From Squalus acanthias (Eukaryota), in assembly GCA_030390025.1 (NCBI GenBank), contig CM059432.1, forward strand, positions 137,394,001-137,458,000: DNA of 64,000 bases, read 5' to 3'. Shown here in pieces: positions 1 through 13,602 of this stretch. Below the pieces are notes generated by a model. It searched no databases and was not told the origin of the DNA. It was given only the letters and a program-made list of their open reading frames with translations. Each line of letters begins with the position of its first letter. Position 1 is the stretch's first letter. The translations under genes and the position numbers were made by a program.

Positions 1-17
1 TCTCGGCCATAGCTTCA

Positions 18-682
18 GTGGAGTTCAGTGGAACCGCAGGAGAAACGGTTAGAAAAGCGTATGGGATATTTGGCTTTGTAAATAGGGGCATTGAACACAA
101 AAATAAGGAAGTCATGCTAAACTTTTACCAATCTTTGGTTAGATCTCAGCTGGAGTATTGTGTAGAATTCTGGGCACCACACTTTAGGAAGGATGTCAAG
201 GCCTTGGAGAGGGTGCAGAGGAGATTTACTAGGATGATACCAGGGATAAGGGACTTCAGTTATGTGGAGAAATTGGAGAAGCTGGAATTGTTTTCCTTAG
301 AGCAGAGAAGATTATGGGGAGACCTAATAGAGATATTCAAAATTATGAGGGGTTTTGATAGAGCAAGTCGACAGAGATTGTTTCCTCTGGCAAGTGGGTC
401 GGTAACCACAGGTCATATATTTAAAATAATTGGCAAAAGAACTAGAGGGGGAATGAAGAGAAATTTCTTCACACAGAGGTTTGTTAAGATCTGGAACGCA
501 CTACCTGAAAGAGTGGTGGAATCAGATTCCACAGGAACTTTCAAAAGGCAATTGGACATGGACTTGAAGAGGACTAATTTGCAGGGTTATGGGGATAAAG
601 CAGGGGAGTGGGACTAAATTGGCGAGCTCTTTCAAAGAGCCGGCACAGGCACGATGGGCCGAATGGTCTCCTTCTGTGCTGT
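18..682 (+). mobile_element. CR1 LINE 3' fragment
   Basis: LEYCVEFWAPH...LERVQRRFTRMIPG...KIWNALPERVVE, followed by the CR1 3' UTR. Confidence 0.9.
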
Positions 683-3600
683 TTAAAAAAAAACAGCAAT
701 TCCTGCTGAAGTTATGATGGGAAATCGGGATGAACCACTTCAAAGATTCATGGCCACCTGCTGTTCTCAAAATGGATGGGGGCATCCTGGCCACTGGGGA
801 CTTGGTTGAGACATGCCGACCCAGGGGTCCCTCCCTGCGATCGTGCTGCCAGTACGCGCTTACCTTTCTGCCGACTGTGGTGGCCCGATATTGGTAGGCA
901 AGTTGCAATCAGGACGCCTGTTTGGCACCACGCAACTCGCCTTGGCGTTACCAACCCTCCAGGATTGGCCTGGAGTCTCTAGGAATTGAAGATTGATCTC
1001 CAGGACACTGCGAGACAAAGGTGTCTTTTTCTTTCACTCTAGTTGAACACTTTTGTTTATTGGTTCTAAAAATATTGGAGATGGGAGGGGGAAAAAGGGC
1101 TGTTTGATTGACAGTCAAGAATCATCCGATCAGGCTATGAAGTCTTCGATTTCCAATTGTTGTGGGAAGGCGGGTCACCGTGAGGATGGACGTGTCGGGC
1201 GACCAATGGCGGGAGAGTGGGGAGGGGGGGCTGTTGGAGGTCATGTTACGAAATCTCCCGGAATACACCCAACCAGAGCTGGCGACCCTTAAGCTCGCTG
1301 ACCCGATGTTAATGAGGCCGCGTCTCGACATCACTGCCGCTTCTCTTCGTTTTCAAGGCGGTTCGACCCTCGAAAGTATTGTTGTTTCCCTTTAGCATCT
1401 TCTTGTTGCTGCTTTCAGCATTTACTGCTGTGTCAGCCTTGGCTCAGTGGCAGTCCTGTCGCTTCTGAGTCAGACGCTTGAGTGCCGGGCTCTTTTTCCG
1501 GCACCCCGCTCCCCGGTGGTCCAGCAGGGCCCCGGTGCGCGCTGCGCTAGGCCCCTCCCCTTTAATCAGGGGAGGGAGGCCTGTAATACTGCGGCGCTAC
1601 GTGCCGACGCGCCAGGCGCTGCTGCACGTAGCGCCGCGATATTCAATGGGAGCGCCCCAAGAGGGAGGGGGAGCACTTCCAGTAGCGTCCCGCCTCCTGC
1701 TTGGGGCGCTACCATTGAATTTTGGGCGCGGGACACAACCATGAAAAGAACTAAGCTTGCAAGAAATCTCCTTAGAGGTAGTAAAATAGGCGATTTTTGG
1801 AGTTGTTCCCTGGAAGGTGAATAGTATTTTTCTCATCAACTTGCGGACAAATGGTTAATTTGTCCCTCATCCATGCCTTTGTTACCTCTAGACTTGACCA
1901 TGCCAACGCTCTCCTTGCCAGCCTCCCACCTTCCACCCTCCATCAACTTGAGCTCATCCAAACCTCTGCTGTCCGTATCCTAACAAGTCCCGTTCACCCA
2001 TTATCCCTGTGCTCGCTGACCGATATTGGCTCCCAGTCCGACAACGCCTCAATTTAAAAATTCTCATCATTGTTTTCAAATCCCTCGCTCCCTCCCTCCC
2101 TATCTCTGTAACCTCCTTCAGCCCTACAACCCTCTGAGATCTCTGCACTCCTCCAGTTCAGGTTTCTTGCGCATCCCAGATTTTCATCACTCCAATGCTG
2201 GCGGCCGTGCCTTCAGCTGCCTAGGCCCTAAGCTCTGGAATTCCCTCTCTAAACCTCTCCGCCTCTCTCTCCTCCTTTAAGACGCTCCTTAAAACCTACC
2301 TCTTTGACCAAGCTTTTGGTCACCTTGTCACAATATCTTCTTATCTGGCTCGGTGTCAAATTTTATTTGATAACGCTCCTGTGAAGCGCCTTGGGACGTT
2401 TTACGATGTTAAAGTCTCCATATAAATGCAAGTTGTTGTTGTTGTAAATAAATAAGTATCATGGCTACATCAATAAATCTCTGCTTTTAATATTGACAAG
2501 CTGCTCTTTACTGTCCATCTAGGTTGAGTATGGCTTCTATTGCAAAGGTCAAGAAATATATCGAACTTTACTTTGACCTTTTTTATTGCCAATCTTTCTT
2601 TACCAAACAGCTTAGCAACAACACTTAGTACATTTCAGCAGAACCTTTCAGTGAAATTTTAAAAAAAAATCAGGGCTTACCTATGAGTTTGAATAACGTT
2701 GCCACCCTTTCAGGTGTTTTTACAGAAATGATTGTTGTTGTAAGGTTCTGAATATATTGCAGGGCTGTGGGGAAAGGGTGGGGGTGGGGGGCAAGATGGA
2801 GTGGGTCTAATTGGATTAGCTCTTTCAAAGAGCCGGCACAGGCACGATGGGCCGAATGGCCTCCTTCTGTGCTGTATTATATAGTGGGCAGATTGTGTTC
2901 ACAAGAGCAGCCGTTTCTCCGGGATTTTCGATGAATTTAGGGTGGCTAATTGGGAGCACCTCTGGCCCCACCCCCCCACAGAAATTAGACCCTGTAATCT
3001 TTTGTGCCCTGAGCTTTTAAAAGGGGTATCTTGCAATATGGAATAGGTAATTTCAAGGTGATTTAGAAATTGGCTACCGATGGCAAGTATATTATGTCAG
3101 GGGTGGGAAGGGAAGGATAAGGTATCCCGAGTGGAGGGTTGCCAACCCTCCAGGATTGTCCTGGAGTCTCCATGAATTGACGTTTAATCTCCAGGACAGT
3201 GCGACAAGCAAACCCGGGGAAAAATCATAGGGGCATTTAAAAAATTGTGTTTTCTTTACATTTTCTTTGAACATTTTCATCTATTAGTTCTACAGATATT
3301 GGAGATGGGGGTTAAAAAAGTCTGTGTCACTAACTGTCAAGATTAATCCAATTGGGTAACAAAGAGCCTGTTCATTTTCCAATTGGCCGTGGGAAGACAG
3401 TGTGCCTGGAGGATGGACCAATGGCGGAATGTGTGGGAGCGTGGTGGTTCGAGGCAGGGGTTTATGTGAAATCTCCAGGAATACATCCAGCCACATTTGG
3501 CAACCCGACCCTGGGATCAAGATGTCAGCAGATTGAGAACATTACTTGCAGCAAGACACAGCTCTGTATTAATACAACTGTAGTACTTCGATAGATTCGA

Positions 3601-4609
3601 TGAGCTACATACTCGACAAGGCTTCTTCGACAGCACCTCCCAAACCCGCGACCTCTACCACCTAGAAGGACAAGGGCAGCAGGCGCATGGGAACACCACC
3701 ACCTCCAGGTTCCCCTCCAAATCACACACCAGCCTGACTTGGAAGTATATCGGCCGTTCCTTCATCGTCGCTGGGTCAAAATCCTGGAGCTCCCTCCCTA
3801 ACAGCACTGTACCTTCATCACACGGACTGCAGCGTTTCAAGAAGGCGGCTCACTACCACCTTCTCAAGAACAATTAGGGATGGGCAATAAATGCTGGCCT
3901 TGCCAAAGATGCCCACATCCCATGAATGAATAAATTTAAAAAAATGCTAAGTTTGCCATAGTAAATCAAAGAAAACTAAGCTTACACATATGCTAGCTAA
4001 GGCATCCGCACACTGAAGGTATTTGCCTCTTAGAAAAGGACAGTTGAGAAAATGGAACTGTGTTAGAAAGTCTCGTAGTGCTGTGATTCCTCATTAATAA
4101 ATTTTGGCTCAAGCGGTAAGGTTATTCAAATATAAATGTAACACATATTCAACAGATTGAGTTGATAAAAACTGTGTCCGTACATTTCATAGTGTCCTCA
4201 CTGCAGAATCGTCCAGCAATTAAAATTGGAAAGAAGTGAGTTATTTCTAAAGACTGGAGAATGAAGAGTAGCTATAAAATATTTTACTATACCTTAAGGG
4301 GCTTTGAACAAATTTCAGGATAGATTCCAAATTCTTAATTTTGATTTGTTTTGGTAACTTTAACTGCAGCATAGTTTATGATCAAGAACTGGTAACCCTT
4401 TGCCAGAAAAGAACCTTTGGGAATAAGATGGGAGCATGATGTTATGAAATTACATTTGTATCAAATGTTTGTTCTAATCTTGTGATGTTTCCTGGCTCAT
4501 AATTTCCATTTGGCCTCAAACAGATGCAATTCACAGTACATATGGACGAAGATGACAGAATTAACCAAAGTCAGTTATTGCTGGCATTATGGATCTGAAA
4601 ATGGACCCC

Positions 4610-5585
4610 TTCTGTTTCCAGTGGCAGAAGTGTCGGTAACCAGAGGACACAGATTTAAGGTCATTGGCAAAAGAGCCGGAGGGGAGATGAGGGGAATTTT
4701 TTTTTTACGCAGCGAGTTGTTGTGATCTGCAATGCTCTGCCTGAAAGGGCGGTGGAAGCAGATTCAATAGTAACTTTCAAAAGGGACTTGGATAAATACT
4801 TGAAGGGGAGAAATTTGCAGGGCTATGGGGAAAGAGTAGGGGAGTGGGACTAATGGGATAGCTCTTTCTAAGACCTGGCACAGCCACGATGGGTCGAATA
4901 AGAACATAAGAACATAAGACGTAGGAGCAGGAGTAGGTCATTTGGCCCCTCGAGCCTGCTCCGCCATTCAATAAGATCATGGCTGATCTGATCTTGGCCT
5001 CAACTCCACTTACCTGCCCGCTCCCCATAACCCTTGACTCCCTTACCATTCAAAAATCTGTCTATCTCCACCTTAAATATATTCAATGACCCAGCCTCCA
5101 CAGCTCTCTGGGGAAGAGAATTCCAAAGATTCACGACCCTCTGAGAGAAGAAATTCCTCCTCATTTCTGATTTAAATGGGTGCCCCCTTATTCTGAAATT
5201 ATGCCCCCTAGTTCTAGATTCCCCCACGAGGGGAAACATCCTCTCTGCATCTACCCTGTCAAGCCCCTTCAGAATCTTATATGTTTCAATAAGATCCCCT
5301 CTCATTCTGCTAAACTCCAATGAGTATAGGCTCAACCTGCTCAACCTTTCTTCATAAGACAGCCCCTTCATCTCCGGAATCAACCTCGTGAACCTTCTCT
5401 GACTGCCTCCAATGCAAGTATATCCTTCCTTAAATAAGGAGACCAAAACTGTACGCAGTACTCCAGTTGTGGTCTCACCAACGCCCTGTACAGTTGTAAC
5501 AGGACTTCCCTACTTTTATACTCCATTCCCTTTGCAATAAAGGCCAACACTCCATTTGCCTCCCTCTGTGCTGTAAGAGTCTATA
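4610..5585. mobile_element. Plus-strand CR1 3' end interrupted by a minus-strand CR1 fragment (~4899-5560)
   Basis: The + tail GGGTCGAAT...CCCTCTGTGCTGTAAG is split by an insert with an (AAGAACAT)n tail and ORF 5000-5446(-) RRFTRLIPEMKGL...VNLWNSLPQRAVEA. Confidence 0.85.
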
Positions 5586-6614
5586 AATTTGCCTTGCTTT
5601 AAGTTAGAAAGATACAGGGATGCATGTTCAGAACTGTTAGTGATATGATAAACTTTGAATTGCCTGTGCACCATGTATTAATGATATTAGGTGATCTTAT
5701 TTTTAGACAGGATATATGTGGCCAGTGAAAATATGGAACAGGCTTGTTTCACATACATGAAATACAGAATTTGTAGAAGAGAAAATGTGACTGCCGTACT
5801 CTAATTCCATGCAATGGCTAAACATCAGATTAAAAATAATTTCACATTATTTGTCCATGTGTTGAGCATTCATTTGCCAATGCCATAGTGCAGAAGAGGA
5901 AAGGGTCTTGCGTCTTTATGAAATATGAAGGGTAGTAATGCTATGTTAAAAGGGAGGACACTAAAGTTTGGTATAGGTATCTAGTTTGCACCTGTAAGTT
6001 GAATTAACTGTTAAGAGATTTCCCTTATAGCTCAATGCCTCTTGTACAGGGAGCAACATGGCAGTGATACTTTTTTTATTTATAAAAAAGACAATTATGC
6101 TTCCTGCTATTTTCAACAATTTAAGCAAAGTACAAAGGTTCTTTTTCTATAATATGGCACCAATCAACTTTTAGAGCTATGCGTTTACCTGGTATGAAAG
6201 GGATCTGAATAGGATAATTTAACAATGCAGTACAAATCATGCCTACATGATAAACTCCTTTATTACCCTGCCATTGCATCCACGTGGATACAAACACAAT
6301 AAATGGCAAAGAAACGTTCAGCTAAGCAAATTACTTTGCTTATGAAACTTGCTTATGTTTTGGAATAGAACTTTTCCCTCATCCTTTTCATCTTATAACA
6401 ATATTGAGCATTTAACATTGCTTAGAGATAAGGTGGGGCAATACCTACACTATCCCAACAATGGGACTCATTTTCAAAGAACTTGCTACTTTGTAAGTTG
6501 ATTTGCGGACTCCATGGCTTCTGTAAATTTCATTTTTTTTTACTGTGATATATTTGCTTAAAAAGTGGTGAGTTTCACTGCAAAGACTCATCTTTTTACG
6601 TGGAAAGGGCAGGT

Positions 6615-7130
6615 TTTTTTTTATTCGCTTATGGGATCTGAGCATCGCTGGCAAGGCCAGCATTTATTGCCCATCCCTAGTTGCCCTTGAGAAGGTGGTG
6701 GTGAGCCGCCTTCTTGAACCGCTGCAGTCCGTGTGATGAAGGTGCTCCCGCTGTGCTGTTAGGGAGGGAGTTCCAGGATTTTGACCCAGTAACGATGAAG
6801 GATCGGCGATATACTTCTAAGTCAGGATGGTGTGTGACTTGGAGGGGAACTTGGAGGTGGTGGTGTTCCCATGCGCCTGCTGCCCTTGTCCTTCTAGGTG
6901 GAAGAGGTCGCGGGTTTGGGAGGTGCTGCCGAAGAAGCCTTGGCGAGTTGCTGCACTGCATCTTGTAGATGGTACACACTGCAGCCACGGTACGCCGGTG
7001 GTGGAGGGAGTGAATGTTTAAGGTGGTGGCTGGGTTGCCAATCAAATGGGCTGCTTTGTCCTGGTTGGTGTCGAGCTTCTTGAGCGTTGTTGCAGCTGCA
7101 CTCATCCAGACAAGTGGAGAGTATTCCATG
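6615..7130 (-). mobile_element. 3' fragment of a second non-LTR (CR1-group) family; other copies at ~3617-3940(+) and ~63128-63335(-)
   Basis: MEYSPLVWMSAAATTLKKLD...SLHHRRTVAA...SKSWNSLP...FKKAAHHHLLKGN*, followed by the shared 3' UTR GGATGGGCAATAAATGCTGGCCTTGCCA. Confidence 0.8.
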
Positions 7131-7837
7131 ACACTCCATCACAGGTGTAAAGAACCTGTCCGCTTTGAGTTTAAGATGTGTCACCACAGACCCGCCAGTC
7201 CTTTAATCATAACACTTTCCTTATAGCTACGGCATGACTCATTAACCGGACAACCATAGAAATTTACAGAACAGAAGGAGGCCACTCAGCCCATCATGTC
7301 TTTGTTAGAGCAATCCAAAACAAATTCCATTACCCTGCTTTCTCCTAATAACCTCGCATCTTTCTCTGCTTTAAATATTAACCAATTATAATTTGTTAAG
7401 AAGGCAATGGCCTCTGCCTCGTCCATTCCCTGTGGCAAAGCATTCCATGTTCCAACAACTCTCTGTGTAAAGACAGTTTTCCTAACTCTCTCCTCACTCT
7501 TTTAGTGACAATTCTGAATTGATGACTCCTTGTCACTGACACTTAATCCAAAGGAAATTGTCTTTCCCATTCACCTTTGAGAATTTTTTTTGAACTTCTG
7601 CTAAATCTCCTCTTGGCCTTCTCTGCTCCAGTGGAAAGAGTCACAGTCTCTCAAATGTCTTCTCACAGCTATAGTTTCCATCCCTGGAACATCCTGTTGA
7701 ATAGATGCTCCACGCATGCTATGACTTTAAAGTCCTTTCTATAATTGAACACCTGAAACTGCCCACAAGTTCACTAACTGTGGTCTAATCAATGTTTTGT
7801 ATAAATTCACCATTGCTTCATTACTCTTGTACTCTGC

Positions 7838-8014
7838 GGTGTCGAATTTCCACAGGGATTCCCTTGATTTCCCGCCCGAACTCTGGTGGAAGGTCTGCAG
7901 ACACCTCAGAGAAACGGCTAATCGGCCAATACTTACATTTCTCCACGATTTCCACCATTCTTCTGCAAAAGTTACAGCAGGAGATTGGGGAAAAACCCCA
8001 TGGAAATTCTACCC
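7838..8014. mobile_element. Small palindromic MITE
   Basis: GAATTTCCACAGGG ... CCCATGGAAATTCTACCC imperfect inverted ends, followed by TTA. Confidence 0.55.
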
Positions 8015-9554
8015 TTATGTCTCTATTTATAAAATCCAAACTTCTATCAGTCTTTGTTTGTCTTTAATTGCTCTCACACTTTCAAGGAATTATGTATTTG
8101 AAATCCTAGGTCTCTCCCAATGTGTATTAGCTCGTGCTTATCCACGCTAAATTGTATCAGCCACCTATCTGCTTAATCCAATAACCTGTTTATGCTTTTC
8201 TGACATCTTTTACAGTTCTCCTCACTGTTTGGCAAATCACCTACTTTTGTGTCCCCGATTTTCATCGCTCCACCATTAGCGGCCATGCCTTCAGCTGCCT
8301 TGGCCCTAAGCTCTGGAATTCCCTCCCTAAACCTCTCCGCCTCTCTCTCCTCCTTTAAGATGTTCCTTAAAACCTACCTCTTTGACAAAGGCCCTGTCCT
8401 AATTTCTCCTTATGTGGCCCGGTGTCTAATTTTGTTTGATAACCCTCCTGTGAAGTGCCTTGGGACATTTTACTCTGTTAAAGGCGTGGTATAAAGAATT
8501 ATGCCCTGATGCATAAACCCTGGGCTATTGAAAGAAGAGAAGAAGACAGCAAAGGAGCTAGTGGCAAGTTTTTAATCCTCTGCTAAACTGCTGGAGAAAG
8601 CAGAGAGTGGAAAGTGACAACGTGGCTTAGGTGTTGTCCTTCTTGCCTCTGAGTGAGAAGATTGTGTGGGATCAAGCTCCACTGCAGGATGGGAACGACA
8701 CATAAACCAAAGCTGCCACTTTCTTGCATTGTTGGAGGTGTCATCTTTCGATTAAGAAATTAAACTGGCTGTTCAGATGGAAAGAAAGACTTGCATTCAT
8801 ATAGCGCCTTTCACGACCTCATGATGTCCCAAAGCACTTTACCACCAATGAAGTACTTTTGAGGTGTAGCCACTGTTGTAATGTAGGAAACATGGCAGCC
8901 AATTCGCGCACAGCAAGCTCCCACAAACAGCACTGTGATAATCTGTTTTAAATGACGTTGGTTGAGGGATATAGTTGGATGTAAAAGATACGATGGCACT
9001 CTTTGAAGCAGAGCAAGGTGATGTTCTGGCCATCATTTTTCCCTCAATCAAAAGCAGATTAGTTGACCATTTATCTAATTTGCTGTTTGTGGAAAACCTT
9101 GCTGTCTGCAAATTGGCTGCTGCTTTATCTATATCACAATAGTGACCGGACTTCGAAAGCAATTCATCGCCTCTGGAGCATTTTATGATAATCACTATTT
9201 CATCTGCTAACACCTTAAATTCCTGGATCTGAACTTCCATCTTTATGGAACATACCCGGGCGTTGAGGCGAATTCCAGAGTTTCCTGATAAGCGTCTCCG
9301 TCTCGCCGCTTGTCTCAGGCCAGTCCCCGGTCGGCCGCCGCTTGTCTCAGGCCGGCCCCGGTCCACCGCCGCTCTCTGTCCCGTCCATCATGAGGACGTG
9401 ATAAGGTATTGTATGAATGTACATTGTTTTATTCTTTCTCCATTGGGCGGGTGGGAGGAAGGGAAAGAAAATCAGAAGGCAAGAGACTTTGGATTGTCCA
9501 CATTGATCTGCGAGCAGCCAGCTCAGGATTGGTATTGTTCAGTTATCTGCTGGC

Positions 9555-10097
9555 AATCATCTTGCAAATCCATTGGCAGGATGGGCGCACCAACGTCAGT
9601 GTTCTCGCTCAGGCCAACATCCTCAACATTGAAGCTTTGACCACGCTCAATCAGCTCCGATGGACAGGTCACATCGTCCGCATGCCCAATACGAGACTCC
9701 CAAAACAAGCGCTCTACTTGGAGCTCCGACACGGCAAGAGAGCCCCAGGTGGACAGAGGAAACGCTTCAAGGACACCCTCAAAGTCTCCTTGAAAAAGTG
9801 CAACATCCCCACCGACACCTGGGAATCTCTGGCCCAAGACCGCACAAAGTGGAGGAGAAGCATCCGGGAAGGTGCCGAACACCTCGAGTCTCTTCGCCGG
9901 GAGCAAGCGGAAGCCAAGCACAAGCAGTGCAGGGAGCGCACGTCAACCCAAGCACCCCACCCACCCGCCCCTTCAACCACCGTCTGCCCCACCTGTGACA
10001 GAGACTGTAGGTCCCGCATTGAATTCATCAGTCACCTGAGAACTCATTTTTAATGTGGAAGCAAGTCATCCTCGCTTCCGAGGGACTGCCTAAGAAC
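9555..10097 (+). mobile_element. RTE (BovB-like) LINE 3' fragment
   Basis: QLRWTGHIVRMPNTRLPKQALY...GGQRKRFKDTLK...WESLAQDRTKWR and C-terminal CPTC...H..H zinc finger; 3' UTR GAAGCAAGTCATCCTCG...GGGACTGCCTAAGAA. Confidence 0.88.
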
Positions 10098-12708
10098 CTG
10101 ATGAAAAAAAATCCATATTAATAAGAACAGGTAAATGTAGCTCCTTGATTGATTTGTAACTTCAAAAATGGGCCATAGCCCTGGTACAAAATAATATCTC
10201 ACTCAGTCAAATCCCTGCCTAACTAATGAACCCCTTAAACAACTTATACAATAAGCCAAAGGTTCTGACCAAGGGTCAACGCCTGAAATGTTAGCTTGTC
10301 TGTTCTCTCTACAGACGCTGACTGACTGTTTGCTGCTAGAGGATCAGATTGTATTATACGAGCAATGGTCCATTGTTCTATGTTTCAGTATTCAGGATAA
10401 CACATTATCCTGGGTAGACTGACATTACAGTGCCGAGTGACGAAAGCAGCAGAAGTTTAAAAAGATCAATCTTTATCTTATATAACGCTGAAAATACTGA
10501 CTCGCTGGCATTGAATTACTAGCAATAAAACTATGTAAGAGTAGGAATAGACTGGATGTTGGGCAGTACTTCTTTTCCCAGATAGTAGTGAGCCTCTGGA
10601 TTACATTGCCGACTGGTGTGGTGGATGCTGAATGCCTTCAAGAGGGAGCTGGACCGGTTCCTGACTGGGGCAGAGATGGCATCATATGGAAGGCAAGTGT
10701 CTTTATAGAGAACACTCGGTCCGTGTGATCTCCTGGACTGGTTTTCATCGCCTGAGGGGGGTCGAAGAGGAATCTCCCAGAGTATTTTTTCCCTTTTGGC
10801 TCTGGGCTTTTTCTCTTTTTTTTTGCCTCTCCCAGGAGATTCTATGGCTGCGGAGTGGGGGGGGCGGGGGGGGATGGAGAGGTGGGTGGAAAGAAGTATT
10901 TAATTACAATGGTCCAGCCGCATGAGGCGTGGGGCAGGCTTGATGGACCAACTGGTCTTTGCCTGCCCGTCAATTTTGTGATGTTCGTATAAATCTTGGA
11001 ATTCGGCTTGCGTGATTTATGATGTCATCGGAACCTCTTGATTGGATTATTGCCATGTACCTGCCAGATTCATATATGGAGCTGTCAGAAAACCCACAGC
11101 CCTGTCAAGCTCCTAGCTGTGTTACCCAATAATAATTTGTAAATAGGTTTTTAACACATGCTTGCTTGTTCTGGAAAAAAAGCGAAACATCAGTCACTCA
11201 CTGCTACGTTTTATTTATATTTAATTTAAGAGTTCCGGTGACACATGCAGAACATGTTTGTGATCCTTTGTGCACTGCTAAATCAATACCAGTCTTGGAA
11301 AAAATAAAGACAGGGAACGCGATTGATACAAGATGGAGGATGGAAGCTATCATTTTCAAATGTTTATTTTAAACAATAACAAAAAATCAGAAGAATATCT
11401 GGCCAGATCCAACCTTTATGAAGGCCCGAAGGCCTACGACGGTAAAACAAACACAAAGTATGCTGCGTTTCATTTTGTTTTGTATGTGTACATGTTGTGC
11501 GTGGAAAACTAGACGTAAAACGGTACCAGTTATAGTAGAACATCAACCGTGCCAGCTTAGCTCTGTTGGTAGAACTCTTACCTGAGTTGGAAGGTTGTGA
11601 GTTCAAGCCCCATTCCGGACTGGAGTACATGATCTCGGCTGATGGGCGTGCTGCATTGTCACAGTTGCTGTCTTTCTGATGACATGTTACAAAATATTTA
11701 CAGGACATTCGGCCCAATTGGTCTATGCCGTGTTTATGCTCCACACAAGCCTCCTTCCACCCTTCTTCATCTAACCCCATCAATTGTTAAACTAAGTTCT
11801 TACCTGCTAGCTCAGGTGCATGCAAAAGATCTGATGATATTATCTCGATGAAGAGCAGCAAGTGCTCCCAGTGTGCTGGCCAACATTCTCTCCCTCAACC
11901 AACCGTAACAATTCATTGACTTCAACGGAAATGAAATCGCGCTCGGTGTAAAATGGGCTACCGATTCAATATCGCCTGTTTCGCACTTTCACCGAAAACC
12001 AATTTCACCCCCTCTATCTCTCCACCACCACCACTACTGTTCTGACATCAAGCCCTGGATGAGCCAAAACTTCATACAGCTCATTGTCAGCAGACCTGAA
12101 GCCCTTGTGTTCAGCTCTCTTCAGCATCGACATGCTTCTGCTGTTGACTCCTTCAACCTCCCAGGCTGCTTACTCCGATTGAGCCTGATGGTGTGTCGCC
12201 TCTTTGACTCTGAATAGAGTTTTCTGTTTCACATCCCAACTAAGACCACCTTCTGTAATACTGTCCATTTAGACTCTGCCTCAACCCCCTTTCACTGCTG
12301 AAACTCTCAGCAACGTTGTTGTCACCTCTAGGATCAATTTCTCAAATGCTCTCCTCGCTGGCCTCCCTACCTCGACCCTTCACAAACCAGAATTCTGCAG
12401 CCTGAACACTCTCCTTTATAAACTCTCGCACACCCATCAAACCCTGGCCTTGGTCTGCCCCACTCACTCCCTGTGCCCGAGTGAAACAACTTGGGGATCA
12501 TTTTTGTCACCGTGCATGTGGCCTCACAACTTTCCATCCATTCATTTTAATGGGAGTGCTGAAGATGAAAAGTTACCCTGTCCAAAATGATCACCTTCAC
12601 TTCTAATGCCTTGCCCAGCCCTATATTGGGGACACTTGTCCAGCCATACATCCCAACCTGTACATTCTGCTTAACCATCAGGCCCTGATCGTTCTGTCAT
12701 TTTTTTTG

Positions 12709-13031
12709 TAGTGGTTTGGTACAACTGAGTGGCTTGCTGGGCAGTTAAAGAGTTAACATTTCTGTGGGTGTGGAGTTGTATATAGGCCAGACCGGGTAAG
12801 GACAGCAAATTTCATTCTTTCAAGGACATTAGTGAACCAGATGGGTTTTTACAACAATCCAGTCATTTCATGGTCACCATTACTAATACTAGCTTTTTAA
12901 TTCCTGATTTATTCTCATTGAAATTAAATTCCCTAGCTGCTGTGGTCAGGATTTGAACTCATGTTTCGCCAGATTGTTTAGTCTTGGCCTCTGGATCACT
13001 AGTCTAGAAACGTAACCATTATGCTACCACA
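12709..13031 (-). mobile_element. tRNA-derived SINE of another family
   Basis: Minus-strand head GTGGTAGCATAATGGTT...GAGTTCAAATCC (A/B boxes); body TGGTGACCATGAAATGACTGGATTGTTGTAAAAACCCATCTGGTTCACTAATGTCC. Confidence 0.6.
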
Positions 13032-13602
13032 CCTCCATTACATCCCTGCCTTCTTGAACTGTTGAACTAAAATTACTTTGCCTGCCTACCTTCCTTCCTT
13101 CCTTCAAAAGGCCAAGCTCTTGTGATATTCAGTTTAGCAGAGGGAGCCCAAAGTAGGCATTAGGTAAGCAGGACTTGCAGCCAGCAGTGTTATTTGGGAC
13201 TGTCAGCTGACTTGTGCACACAATCCAGGCTGACACTCCCAGTGCAGTACTGAGGGAGTGCTGCACTGTCGGAGGTGCCGTCTTTCGGATGAGACGCTAA
13301 ACCCAGGTCCCCGTCTGCTCTCTCAGGCGGACATGAAAGATCTCACGGCACTATTTCGAAGAAGAGCGGCTGAGTTCTGACTGTACTCCTGGCTCATAGG
13401 AACATAGGAACAGGAGTAGGCCATTTAACCCCTTGAGCCTGTTCCGCCGTTCAATGAGACCATGGCTGATCTGTGACCTAACTCCGTATATAATGTATAA
13501 TGAGCTGGCAACACAAATTTCCTGTGGACCCTGCGACCACATGAGCAGCACGCGCCCCACCACTGGACGCCTATTCATGGGCGCGATCGAATTTCTAGGC
13601 CT

